DNA of 53,673 nucleotides, from the sequence record PP180003; one strand, 5' to 3'. This document shows positions 44,761-53,673 of the stretch, piece after piece (the stretch's first letter is position 1; every line of letters begins with the position of its first letter). Made by a program: the position numbers and the translations under genes. The notes under the pieces were generated by a model. It worked only from the letters and a program-made list of their open reading frames with translations. It was not told the DNA's origin and did no database searches. This DNA is from Escherichia phage mEp515.

Positions 44761-45492
44761 ATGGCGCTTGAAGATAAAATGATTCGCTATGCCGCAGCAC
44801 ACCCGGAAGAGGAGGTGTGCGGGCTGGTGATAGATAACGATTATTTTTACCCGTGCTTAAACGTGTCTGAAACGCCGCACAACAGCTTTAAAATATCGCC
44901 TGACGATTATATCAAAGCTGACGAATTAGGCGTTATAACCGCCGTTTTTCACTCCCATACTGACAATTCGTTGATATTGTCAGCACGGGATCGACAACAG
45001 CAGGTTATTTCCGGCCTGCCGTGGTATTTGTGTTCCGGCGGCAGGGTTAGAAAGTTCCGCCCGGTGGCGCACCTGTTGGGCCGTAAATTTGAACACGGTA
45101 AAACAGATTGTTACTCGCTTTTCCGTGACGCATATCACCTATGCGGCGTGGATCTGCCCGACTTTGAGCGCCACGATGGGTGGTGGCTGCGTGGGGAAAA
45201 CCTGTACATAAAAAACCTGCCATTGAACGGGTTTTTCATGGTTGACGCGCAAAGCATTCAGCCAGGTGATGTGATTATTCGCCAGCCTTTTAAAGGCGCT
45301 GACCCATGTCACGCGATGATTTACCTGGGCGATAACACCGTTTTGCATCATGACAATGCCGGACTGTTAAGCCGCCGCGAGCAAATGCGGCCAGCTTATG
45401 TTAGGCAAACGCATTCAATATGGAGATCTGACAAATGCTCAAATTTAGATTTACGGGCAATCTTCGAAGATATTACGGCAAGGTGTGTTTAA
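44761..45492 (+). CDS. Tail assembly protein K (lambda gpK-like; MPN/JAMM plus NlpC/P60-like)
   Basis: VFHSHTDNS (HxH) and later Cys/His pair; position after L. Confidence 0.8.
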   Translation: MALEDKMIRYAAAHPEEEVCGLVIDNDYFYPCLNVSETPHNSFKISPDDYIKADELGVITAVFHSHTDNSLILSARDRQQQVISGLPWYLCSGGRVRKFRPVAHLLGRKFEHGKTDCYSLFRDAYHLCGVDLPDFERHDGWWLRGENLYIKNLPLNGFFMVDAQSIQPGDVIIRQPFKGADPCHAMIYLGDNTVLHHDNAGLLSRREQMRPAYVRQTHSIWRSDKCSNLDLRAIFEDITARCV

Positions 45493-45965
45493 ACGTTGAT
45501 ACGCCAGCGCAGGGACTTCGCTTATTGACCGCACAGAATCAGGAGTTCAAGAAGGCTTTTTTAAACACCCCATTGCGCTTGCGAATTGCCGGAAAAGATT
45601 ACGACGAAAAGACCGCACCCGCAGCGGTTAACAGTAAATACCAGGATGGTACTACCGTCATTGTTGCGCCAGTGGTGGAAGGCGGTATTGCAGGGATTGG
45701 CGTTGTAGGCTGGATTTTGATCGGTGTTTCGGTTGTTAGCGTTGCGTTCTCGATCTTCATGTCACGCAACATGAAGATAAAAACATCAGCAGAAAGCGCA
45801 CAAGATAACACCATATCTAACAACACATACACCAGCGTTGAAAACAAGGTTGGCCAGGGTAGACCAGTGCCGATCCTGTTGGGTGAAATGAAAATAGGTT
45901 CAAACGTCGGATCGTTAGGCATAGACACAAGTAATAACAAAGACGCCTTAGACGTTGTAAGTTAA
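45435..45965 (+). CDS. Tail assembly protein I (lambda gpI-like)
   Basis: 176 aa; internal hydrophobic segment; position between K and J. Confidence 0.75.
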   Translation: MLKFRFTGNLRRYYGKVCLNVDTPAQGLRLLTAQNQEFKKAFLNTPLRLRIAGKDYDEKTAPAAVNSKYQDGTTVIVAPVVEGGIAGIGVVGWILIGVSVVSVAFSIFMSRNMKIKTSAESAQDNTISNNTYTSVENKVGQGRPVPILLGEMKIGSNVGSLGIDTSNNKDALDVVS

Positions 45966-45977
45966 TAGGGGGTTACA

Positions 45978-46544
45978 GTGAACTGGTCTGAATTGTTTGT
46001 TTATGATGAAGATTCTCCTTCATGTTTAAGGTGGAAAGTCACCGCTAACAGCAGAACGGCGAGGACTGGCGATGCGGCAGGAAAAATAGTAGCGGCAAAA
46101 AGCGGCAATAAGTACTGGAAAATCACATGGAAGGGCCGTCGCTATTATGCTCACCGGATTGTTTACGAATTATGCAGTGGCAGAAAATTAAAACGCAGTG
46201 AGATCATCGATCACATTGATGGTAATGGGCTTAATAATAAATTCAATAACATACGCGTAACAGATAAAAAAGGTAACGCCAGAAATATGACCATAGGTCG
46301 CGCGACAAGGGAGAGCGGATTGCCATTTGGGATATGTTGGCACGCAGAAGGGAGATCTATTAGAGCACGTATCACCGCTGATAACGACAAAAGAGTTAGT
46401 AAATCATTTAGCGTTATAGCGTGCGGTGGACTTGAAATGGCTATTAATGCCGCCGTCGCGTGGCGGTCATTCATGATTGAAGAGCTAAATAAAGCTGGCG
46501 CAGGATACACGAAATTACACGAAACAGGGGGTTTATATGTCTAG
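45978..46544 (+). CDS. HNH homing endonuclease with AP2-like domain (copy 4 of 4)
   Basis: AHRIVYELCSGRKLKRSEIIDHIDGNGLNNKFNNIRV; GTG start with GGGGG SD; inserted between tail genes I and J. Confidence 0.75.
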   Translation: MNWSELFVYDEDSPSCLRWKVTANSRTARTGDAAGKIVAAKSGNKYWKITWKGRRYYAHRIVYELCSGRKLKRSEIIDHIDGNGLNNKFNNIRVTDKKGNARNMTIGRATRESGLPFGICWHAEGRSIRARITADNDKRVSKSFSVIACGGLEMAINAAVAWRSFMIEELNKAGAGYTKLHETGGLYV

Positions 46545-49500
46545 TGGCGGCGGTAAAGCAAAAACGCCAACTTTGCTTAATGATAATTTGTTTCATAAAC
46601 AATTTTATCGGGTTTTAGATATTCTAAGTGAAGGACCAATTTTTGGAGTAGTTAACCAAACAGCGCCATTAAACAGCGTAATGCTTAATGACACGCCTAT
46701 CACTGACGCAAGCGGAAACACATCAGTCCCTGGCGTTAGCTTAGCGTGGCGTAATGGTACGGCTGACCAGTCACCAATCAACGGCTTCAACGCTATTGAG
46801 TCAACCGTTATTGTCAACGCAAAAGTAACTCACGACACACCAATAATCAGGACCATTTCAGATCCCAACGTTAACCGCGTAAGGCTGAATCTTGGCGTTG
46901 ACTCTTTGGTAAGGTCAGATGACAAGGGCAATCAATACAATACATCCGTTATGTTGATGGTTGATGTCAAACCTTCATCGTCATCAACGTGGTCACTGGT
47001 TAAAGATATTACTATTGGCCCAGGCAAACAAAGCGGTGAGTATCTAGAAGCCCACATTATCAACGCGCCGGATGAAAAACCGTTTGATATTCGCGTTCGT
47101 CGCGTAACGCCAGACAGCACGGGAGATCTTCTTCACAATGATACCAGGTGGAGCAGTTACAGCGAGATAATCGATGATAATTTGTCTTATCCCCATACCG
47201 CTGTTGCTGGCGCGGTAATTGACCACGATCAGTATACTGATACGCCTACCCGCACCTATCATCTGCGTGGGCTGATTGTTGATGTTCCTGATAACTACGA
47301 CCCGGAAACGCGCACGTATTCAGGATTATGGCTTGGTGGCTTTAAAAAGGCGTATACCAATAACCCTGCATGGCTTTTCCGGTATCTGGTTAAAAATGAA
47401 CGTTTCGGGCTTGCCCGTCATGCTGGTTACATTGATGTTGACGACGGCGCATTATATACGCTTTCTCAATACTGCGACCAGTTGGTTAGCGACGGATACG
47501 GCGGCTTTGAACCTCGCATGACGCTTAATGCTTACATCACGGAGCAAATGAGCGCACGCGACTTACTTGATAACATTGCAGGCATGTTCCGTGGTATCGC
47601 GTTATGGGACGGGCAACGCCTTACCGTGATGATTGATGCACCACAAGATCCGATCGCCACCATTACAAATGCAAACGTCGTTGATGGCGCGTTTACTCGT
47701 TCAAGTATTGCCCGCGCAGAATCTTACAACGCCGTGATTGTGTCATGGACTGACCCAGAAAACGGCTGGGAGCAATCAAAAGAATACGTGGCAGATGATG
47801 AATTGATCGCCCGCGACGGTTATAACGAAACAACGCTAGAGGCGTTCGGTTGCACGTCACGCGGGCAAGCGTACCGCGCTGGCAAATGGCTGATAGAAAC
47901 GGCAAAACGCGAGCCATCAAAATTCACGTTTAAAATGGCCCGTGACGCAATTCACTTCACCCCCGGGGATATTATCGAGATACTCGACAATAACCGCGCT
48001 GGCGCTCGTTTAGGCGGCCGCATCGTGGCGAACAGTGGGAAGGTGATAACGGTAGACAAGGTTGATTCTGAATATATCGCGGCTGGTGACACTATCAGTT
48101 TACTTGATAGTGATGGCAAGTTTAAAAAACACCAGATCACCGGAGTTAACGGAAACAACATCACCCTTGCAACCGCCCCCGCATGGATTCGTAACGGGAC
48201 CGTATTCGCTGTGTCAACTGAAGCGGCAAAACCTGTTCTGTGTCGAATTATCAGCGTAGCAGAAACAGAAAATAACAGCGTGTACACCATCGAGGCAGCA
48301 CAACATGACCCACACAAACAGGCTGTAGTTGATGAAGGCGCAATCTTCGAGGTAAACAACGACACGCTTAATCACTTCCGCGTGCCGAACATTGAAAATC
48401 TGAAGGTGTTAAACGTTGGTTCTGAAACTGTTCAATGTCGCGCTACATGGGAAACACAGACGACAACGCATCGCCTGACCTTTGAAATACGCGTATATAA
48501 CGCCGAAGGCCGCGTGGTGGCAGCTTATGAAACAACGAATTACCGCTATGATTTTTATGGCCTCGATGCTGGCAGCTACACACTTGGTATTCGCGGTCGT
48601 AATGACACTGGCATGAAGGGGGCGGAAAGTATTGTTGACCTGGTTATTGGCGCGCCAGCGGCCCCAATTGGAGTTAATTGGGTTCCCGGCGTTTTCCAGG
48701 CAACAGTATACCCGATCAGCAAAACAACACTGACAACTGATACAGCATACGAGTTCTATTTCTCAGGTGAAAATCAGATCACTGACCCATCAAAAGTAAC
48801 AACTTTGGCGCAGTTTACCGGGCGCGGCTATCAGTGGACTTTTGGCGGAATGAACACGGGCCATACCTATTACGTTTATGTCCGCACACGTAACGCTTTT
48901 GGTGTGTCAGATTTCGTTGAGTCATCAGGAAAACCAACTGAAAACTTCGATGAAATTAGCGACTACGTCACCAAAGACGTGATTAACTCAGAACAGTTTA
49001 AAGGGATGATTAGCGACATTAAAGATCTTGGCGACCGCGCCGACCTTATCGAAAGCGCTACAAATGACCTTAAAACTGCTACCGACAACCTCAAAACTGC
49101 AACTGATAACCTGACAAACATCACTGACGATTTAATGGTTGACACTGACAACCTGACAAACATCACTGACGAATTGAGGACTGATACGGACGGCTTAATC
49201 ACAGAAACAGGGGCCATAAAAGCTGATACGGACACACTGAAAAAACAAACGGAAGATCTTTATAAAAAGGTTGGGGAAAACGCCGATGATATTGGACAGC
49301 ATGAGGCAAGAATAGATTCACTGGAGGTATCTAGCGAAAAAGTTGGCAGTGAACTTGCGCAAGCAAAAGCAAGCCTGCAAAACGCGTCATTGGCGCTTAT
49401 CAATAACTCACTTGCACAGACTAACACTCGCGTAACTCTTACCGCTCAGTATAAGAAAGGCAGGACAGAGACGAAGGCTGAAATTGACCGTATTGACAAC

Positions 49501-50718
49501 GTTATTGCTGAAGAGAAAAAGGCAACGGCTGAATCACTGGAAACCATCACGGCAGAAATGAACACGATGGATTCTAACCTTAAAGGTCAGATCTCAAGCG
49601 TGGAACGCGCAGTGGCTGACGAGGCCAGCGCACGCGCAGAAGCCATTAACGGTGTGAACGCATCAATAAGCAATCTAGACAAGAAAACAGACGCCAGCAT
49701 CAATAGACTTGATCAAGCTATTGCAGACGAAACGAACGCCCGCACACAGGCAGTCAGTGACGTTAACGCGAGTATCTCATCGCTAGACAAGAAAACTGAC
49801 GCCAGCGTTAAACGCTTGGATCAAGCAATTGCAGACGAAACCAGTGCAAGAACTGAAGCTATCAGCGGCGTGAACGCATCAATTTCCACTCTTGATAGCA
49901 AGGTAACAAGCAATGTAACGCGCATAGATAAGGCTATTGCAGACGAAACGAAGGCACGCACTGACGCGATAAGTAGCCTTAATTCATCGCTTACCAGTAC
50001 GATTAATTCGAAAGTGTCTGAAGTATCAACGGCACTTTCTACGCATGAAGCATCAAGCGCTGAAAAATTTAGCCAGATCTCTGCGTCTTTCGAATCTGTA
50101 AACTCAAGTATTACAGAATGGTCACAATCTATGGCAACGGCTGACGAGGCATTGTCAACCAAAATTGATCAGTTAACAGTAACCGTTAACGGTAACAAAA
50201 CGGCGATCGAGACGACATCGAATGCGCTAACCGATTTCAAGGGTAACGTTGATGCGTCATATTCAATCAAGCTCGCCACCGATAACAACGGCATGAAGTA
50301 CGCGACAGGTATGTCGCTTGGCCTGACTGGTAACGGCACAAACTTTCAATCGCAGTGTATTTTCCTCGTTGACCGCTTCGTGTTAATGACCTCAGCAAAC
50401 GGCACATATACAACACCTTTCTATGTCACCAATGGTGCGATGTATGTGAAAGAAGCGTTTATTAAAGACGGATCGATCGATACTGCAAAAATAGCGCAGC
50501 AAATCCAGTCAACTGTATTTGTTCAAGACTCAAAAGGTTGGATGATTAACAAAGATGGATGGGCGCAATTCAACGAAGTTACTGTAAGGGGTAACGTCAT
50601 TGTTAAAGGCAATCAAAATTTCGATGTACGCAATAGTGACGGACGGGTAATTATTAACAATAATGGCATTACAGTAAATCTTCCTAGTGGTGGTAAAATT
50701 ATTATCGGTGTTTGGTAA
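46537..50718 (+). CDS. Host specificity / central tail fibre protein J (lambda gpJ-like)
   Basis: 1393 aa; conserved gpJ N-terminal two-thirds; C-terminal region with tandem coiled-coil repeats and a distinct distal domain. Confidence 0.9.
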   Translation: MSSGGGKAKTPTLLNDNLFHKQFYRVLDILSEGPIFGVVNQTAPLNSVMLNDTPITDASGNTSVPGVSLAWRNGTADQSPINGFNAIESTVIVNAKVTHDTPIIRTISDPNVNRVRLNLGVDSLVRSDDKGNQYNTSVMLMVDVKPSSSSTWSLVKDITIGPGKQSGEYLEAHIINAPDEKPFDIRVRRVTPDSTGDLLHNDTRWSSYSEIIDDNLSYPHTAVAGAVIDHDQYTDTPTRTYHLRGLIVDVPDNYDPETRTYSGLWLGGFKKAYTNNPAWLFRYLVKNERFGLARHAGYIDVDDGALYTLSQYCDQLVSDGYGGFEPRMTLNAYITEQMSARDLLDNIAGMFRGIALWDGQRLTVMIDAPQDPIATITNANVVDGAFTRSSIARAESYNAVIVSWTDPENGWEQSKEYVADDELIARDGYNETTLEAFGCTSRGQAYRAGKWLIETAKREPSKFTFKMARDAIHFTPGDIIEILDNNRAGARLGGRIVANSGKVITVDKVDSEYIAAGDTISLLDSDGKFKKHQITGVNGNNITLATAPAWIRNGTVFAVSTEAAKPVLCRIISVAETENNSVYTIEAAQHDPHKQAVVDEGAIFEVNNDTLNHFRVPNIENLKVLNVGSETVQCRATWETQTTTHRLTFEIRVYNAEGRVVAAYETTNYRYDFYGLDAGSYTLGIRGRNDTGMKGAESIVDLVIGAPAAPIGVNWVPGVFQATVYPISKTTLTTDTAYEFYFSGENQITDPSKVTTLAQFTGRGYQWTFGGMNTGHTYYVYVRTRNAFGVSDFVESSGKPTENFDEISDYVTKDVINSEQFKGMISDIKDLGDRADLIESATNDLKTATDNLKTATDNLTNITDDLMVDTDNLTNITDELRTDTDGLITETGAIKADTDTLKKQTEDLYKKVGENADDIGQHEARIDSLEVSSEKVGSELAQAKASLQNASLALINNSLAQTNTRVTLTAQYKKGRTETKAEIDRIDNVIAEEKKATAESLETITAEMNTMDSNLKGQISSVERAVADEASARAEAINGVNASISNLDKKTDASINRLDQAIADETNARTQAVSDVNASISSLDKKTDASVKRLDQAIADETSARTEAISGVNASISTLDSKVTSNVTRIDKAIADETKARTDAISSLNSSLTSTINSKVSEVSTALSTHEASSAEKFSQISASFESVNSSITEWSQSMATADEALSTKIDQLTVTVNGNKTAIETTSNALTDFKGNVDASYSIKLATDNNGMKYATGMSLGLTGNGTNFQSQCIFLVDRFVLMTSANGTYTTPFYVTNGAMYVKEAFIKDGSIDTAKIAQQIQSTVFVQDSKGWMINKDGWAQFNEVTVRGNVIVKGNQNFDVRNSDGRVIINNNGITVNLPSGGKIIIGVW
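49654..49977 (+). repeat. Three in-frame 108-bp tandem repeats within J (36-aa units VNASIS.LDKKTDAS..RLDQAIADET.ART.A)
   Basis: Repeat units begin at 49654, 49762 and 49870; shorter DNLTNITD repeats upstream around 49100-49170. Confidence 0.55.
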
Positions 50719-50758
50719 CCACTGTTGCCCCGCCAAATGGTTGGGGCAACTAATTTTA

Positions 50759-51703
50759 TTAATAAATTACTGGCAAATAAGGAAGATTCATACCTATACA
50801 GAAATCCGGCCTGTTACCTATTTCATACCTGACAATCCTTGATCCTGTTCCGCTTTTCACCTGCCCGTTGTACATCATAATGCCTTTGTATCTTAGTTCC
50901 TTGTATGCTGATATAGCTCTAGTATTAAAGCCGCATCTCAATATTGGGAAGAACGCGTCACCTATTGTCTGGTAACTATTCGATAACGCTATAAATCCCT
51001 TAACAACCAATGGCCTTTGTTTTGTTGAAAACACGCATTGATTATTTTTATTAATGATGGTTATTCCGTCGCCAGGTGATGGCGGTGATTTGCTAAAAAT
51101 AGCCAAATTCATCGTTACCGATCCATATGTGTCACCAGTTGCAGAAGTGTTTGTGTTTGTACAGATCAATTTATTGTTTCCGTCAAACTCAACTGAAACA
51201 CCGCTATTGCTCCAGTTACCGAAAGGAACACCGGCAACTGGCATAGTGTAAGAACCATTAAAGCTAACACTCCCAACCCATAAACATGACATCAATGTAT
51301 CGTTAGTCGTTATCGATGCAAAATCTGTGCTATCTGCAACTAATATACCCTCACCAGTAGACGCCTTTGCTATCTCAAACACGCTACCGCTAAAATTAGT
51401 GATCCTATCAGAATATGCGTTCTCACCACTAATTGAAATCCTTGCCGTGCCACCAGAAGCACTAAAGCCTGATATAAAATATGTTTCAACACCCCTGTCA
51501 AGCTCAAACGCGTAAGCGCCTACCTTTGGGATTAGAAACTTATCGCCGCCAGTTAAATCCTTTATGGAAAAACTTTGCGAAAACCCAGCATTTTGAATAT
51601 TGAAATCTCCAGCGTGTGAGAACGCACGCAACCCGCTTGTTATTTCCATTGCAGGGCGTCCGTCATTCAGCCCAATATATATACCCGCCCCCATTAGTAC
51701 CAC
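50759..51703 (-). CDS. Hypothetical beta-rich protein (314 aa), opposite strand between J and side tail fibre
   Basis: Ser/Thr/Gly/Asn-rich; no signal peptide recognised; start overlaps upstream lipoprotein gene. Confidence 0.5.
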   Translation of the reverse strand: MVLMGAGIYIGLNDGRPAMEITSGLRAFSHAGDFNIQNAGFSQSFSIKDLTGGDKFLIPKVGAYAFELDRGVETYFISGFSASGGTARISISGENAYSDRITNFSGSVFEIAKASTGEGILVADSTDFASITTNDTLMSCLWVGSVSFNGSYTMPVAGVPFGNWSNSGVSVEFDGNNKLICTNTNTSATGDTYGSVTMNLAIFSKSPPSPGDGITIINKNNQCVFSTKQRPLVVKGFIALSNSYQTIGDAFFPILRCGFNTRAISAYKELRYKGIMMYNGQVKSGTGSRIVRYEIGNRPDFCIGMNLPYLPVIY

Positions 51704-51912
51704 TCCTTACTTCCGCAATCTCTAGTCTTGCCACTATGACCATCAGTGCCATCATAAACGCGACAGATCTCACCGGACGGAACCTTAGCCCCGTCAACCC
51801 ATCTTTCATAGCAGACACCGTATGCGCTAGTTGCACAATGGCCGTTGTGTCGATTAGTGTCAGCGCAACCAACCAGAATAGCCGCAACAGCGATAATTGT
51901 TACCATTTTCAT
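51694..51912 (-). CDS. Small Cys-rich lipoprotein (candidate Llp/Cor-like superinfection-exclusion lipoprotein)
   Basis: 72 aa from MKMVTIIAVAAILVGC (lipobox LVGC); six further Cys; GGGGTG SD; adjacent to receptor-binding genes. Confidence 0.5.
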   Translation of the reverse strand: MKMVTIIAVAAILVGCADTNRHNGHCATSAYGVCYERWVDGAKVPSGEICRVYDGTDGHSGKTRDCGSKEWY

Positions 51913-52046
51913 TAGTACACCCCACTCAGATTGTGTGTATTTGTTGCTTTGTTTATTATAATATACATTTTGTATAAGCATAAAATGCAACATAGATCAC
52001 AAAATGGTAGAATTATTCCGTTAATTAACATAATGGAGTCATTGCG

Positions 52047-53396
52047 ATGATTTACACAACTGGAACAATTGCCATCAATGGCAACACAGTTACAGGCACG
52101 GGTACAAACTTTTCCGCGCCGCTTTCTCTCATTCGTGTAGGTTGCACGCTCATTACCATCGGCAATCCGGTGCAGATCTTTACCATCACAGAAATTAAAA
52201 GCGGTACTGAACTGTCAGTAACGCCAGCGGCTAACCCTGCGATCCCCGCCGGAACAAAATTTAGCATTCTGCTTTCTGACTCGATCTCAGTAGATGGTCT
52301 TGCTCAGGACGTAGCTGAAACGCTGCGTTACTACCAGGGTAAGGAAACTGAAATTGCAGAAGCAATTGAATTTTTCCATGAATTTGATTTCAATGCACTT
52401 ACAACGCTGGCTAACCAGGTTCACACTGATTCAGCGCAAGTAAGCGCAGATAAAGCGATAGTTCAGCAATATAAAACAGATTCCGAATCAGCCAAATCAG
52501 CAGCAGAAGCTGCAAAAGGTCAGGCGGTGTTAGCTCAAACCGCCGCAGAGACAGCTAATACCAACGCGCAAGCCGCCAGCACTGCAGCGCAGGGATTTTG
52601 CGATCGGGCCGAAGAATGGGCGCAAAGCGTAAACCCCGACAACCTGCTAACTAAAGCCGGCAACCTGGCAGGGTTGACAGATAAATCGGCGGCGAGGTCC
52701 AATCTTGGGGTTGGAGATAATAGTTTAGTTAAGTTAGGTGCGCTGCACCTGAATGGTGGTGAGTCATTAGTGTTAAGGGGCGCAGAGTCTAACGAGTTAA
52801 GGTTGTCAAACTCTTTATACGGGGCTGATAGCTGGGTTGGGATGACGATGCATAAGTGGTACGAGGATTGGACGCGGGCTGGCTTGGTAAGGGGAGGTGG
52901 TACCAAATTATCAGACTACCGCATCCATGTGTGGAAAGATGGTATATCTGATGCTTTATTCCGATTTTTGCCCGACCAAAGGCTTATTAGCGGCAACAGT
53001 GACAACCCGGCGGTTAACGAGTTCCAGAAAGCGCCGCTATCGGACCGCGACCATAAAAAAGAAATCCAATACACGGACGGCGAGGAAAGCTACAACCGCG
53101 TTCGCCAATGGCTTCCGGTAATGTTTAAGTATAAAGAGTCGGATGTACAGCGATACGGCCTTATCGCGCAGGACCTGGTAAGGATTGACCCGGAATACGT
53201 GCATTTGCTGCCGGGCTACGCCATCTATGAGGACGTCAAGGGGGTGGACGAGGAAGGGAACGAGGTAGTAGTAGACCGGAAGGAGATCGGGTATACAGAC
53301 GATGTGCTGTCTCTAGACAGTAATGTGCTGTTGATGGATCTGTGTGCCGCCTTCGTTCATCTGTTGCATAAAGTGGAGAAGCTGGAAGGTAAGTAA
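52047..53396 (+). CDS. Side tail fibre protein with probable C-terminal intramolecular chaperone domain
   Basis: 449 aa; N-terminus MIYTTGTIAINGNTVTGTGTNF typical of stf-family fibres; C-terminal segment consistent with self-cleaving chaperone domain. Confidence 0.75.
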   Translation: MIYTTGTIAINGNTVTGTGTNFSAPLSLIRVGCTLITIGNPVQIFTITEIKSGTELSVTPAANPAIPAGTKFSILLSDSISVDGLAQDVAETLRYYQGKETEIAEAIEFFHEFDFNALTTLANQVHTDSAQVSADKAIVQQYKTDSESAKSAAEAAKGQAVLAQTAAETANTNAQAASTAAQGFCDRAEEWAQSVNPDNLLTKAGNLAGLTDKSAARSNLGVGDNSLVKLGALHLNGGESLVLRGAESNELRLSNSLYGADSWVGMTMHKWYEDWTRAGLVRGGGTKLSDYRIHVWKDGISDALFRFLPDQRLISGNSDNPAVNEFQKAPLSDRDHKKEIQYTDGEESYNRVRQWLPVMFKYKESDVQRYGLIAQDLVRIDPEYVHLLPGYAIYEDVKGVDEEGNEVVVDRKEIGYTDDVLSLDSNVLLMDLCAAFVHLLHKVEKLEGK

Positions 53397-53400
53397 GGAA

Positions 53401-53430
53401 AAGGGGCCATACGGCCCCTTCTTTAGTTTG
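53401..53430 (+). terminator. Hairpin after tail fibre gene (possible bidirectional terminator)
   Basis: AAGGGGCC-ATAC-GGCCCCTT followed by CTTTAGTTT. Confidence 0.4.
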
Positions 53431-53554
53431 AGTTTTCCCAGCCCATTTTACGCCGCACCAACGAGATTTCGTAGTATTCCTTGCCTTCTACCTCCACCAA
53501 CGGCCAATCGTTAATAATCACGTATATCTCCGCTATACCTCAATCACGCCGCGC

Positions 53555-53587
53555 GAAACGAGGCTAACGCCTCGTTTCTTTTTGTGT
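53555..53587 (+). terminator. Rho-independent terminator abutting right-end repeat
   Basis: GAAACGAGGC-TAAC-GCCTCGTTTC hairpin plus TTTTTGTG. Confidence 0.6.
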
Positions 53588-53604
53588 ACCAAATAGAGAC
53601 CAAA
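53582..53604. repeat. Right copy of flanking direct repeat (candidate attR core) TTGTGTACCAAATAGAGACCAAA
   Basis: 21/23 identical to 150-172. Confidence 0.45.
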
Positions 53605-53673
53605 TATCCAAAACAAAAAGCAAAAGCACTGTAACATACTGTTTTATAAATGATTATTCACAACACTAATCAT

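Larger units (their letters stand above)
150..53604. mobile_element. Complete lambdoid siphovirus-type prophage (about 53.4 kb)
   Basis: Integrase, immunity, replication, recombination, lysis, packaging, head and lambda-like tail modules in collinear order; flanked by 23-bp imperfect direct repeats. Confidence 0.7.

Noticed and set aside
53423-53521. Minus-strand 32-aa GTG-start ORF near the right end
   Set aside because: Has a GGAG SD but is very short, uses GTG, and overlaps a terminator hairpin; left unannotated.
1-53673. CRISPR array or rRNA/tRNA genes
   Set aside because: No regularly spaced direct repeats with unique spacers and no tRNA-like cloverleaf signatures were seen anywhere in the window.

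Overview
The window is essentially one complete, integrated lambdoid siphovirus-type prophage of about 53.4 kb, bounded by 23-bp imperfect direct repeats (150-172 and 53582-53604; candidate attL/attR). All calls are from reading the sequence and ORF translations by eye; no database search, RNA folding or motif statistics were run. Layout, left to right: P4-type tyrosine integrase (+); a leftward (minus-strand) early operon running from the immunity region towards int (HTH protein, replisome organizer with internal iteron-like repeats, Bro-N/KilAC antirepressor, HTH-metallophosphoesterase, AP2-HNH endonuclease, DnaB-like helicase, beta-class DNA methyltransferase, NinB, AlpA-like excisionase); a cI-like S24 repressor (+); then a rightward operon with a strong sigma70 promoter, a nutL-like boxA/hairpin, an N-like arginine-rich protein, Erf, SSB, many small ORFs, a Dam-like and a C5-like methyltransferase, NinG, RusA and a Q-like zinc-finger protein; a pinholin/SAR-endolysin/Rz/Rz1 lysis cassette; terminase, portal, MuF-like, capsid and connector genes; and a lambda-like tail (tape measure, M, L, K, I, J, side tail fiber). 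No tRNA, rRNA or CRISPR array was recognised. Most worth a second look: four opposite-strand accessory islands inside the tail region, a tandem array of 22-26-codon hydrophobic mini-ORFs between lysis and terminase, three nut-like boxA/hairpin elements, a recurrent TACA-N3-TGTA palindrome upstream of many operons, and five HNH endonucleases.
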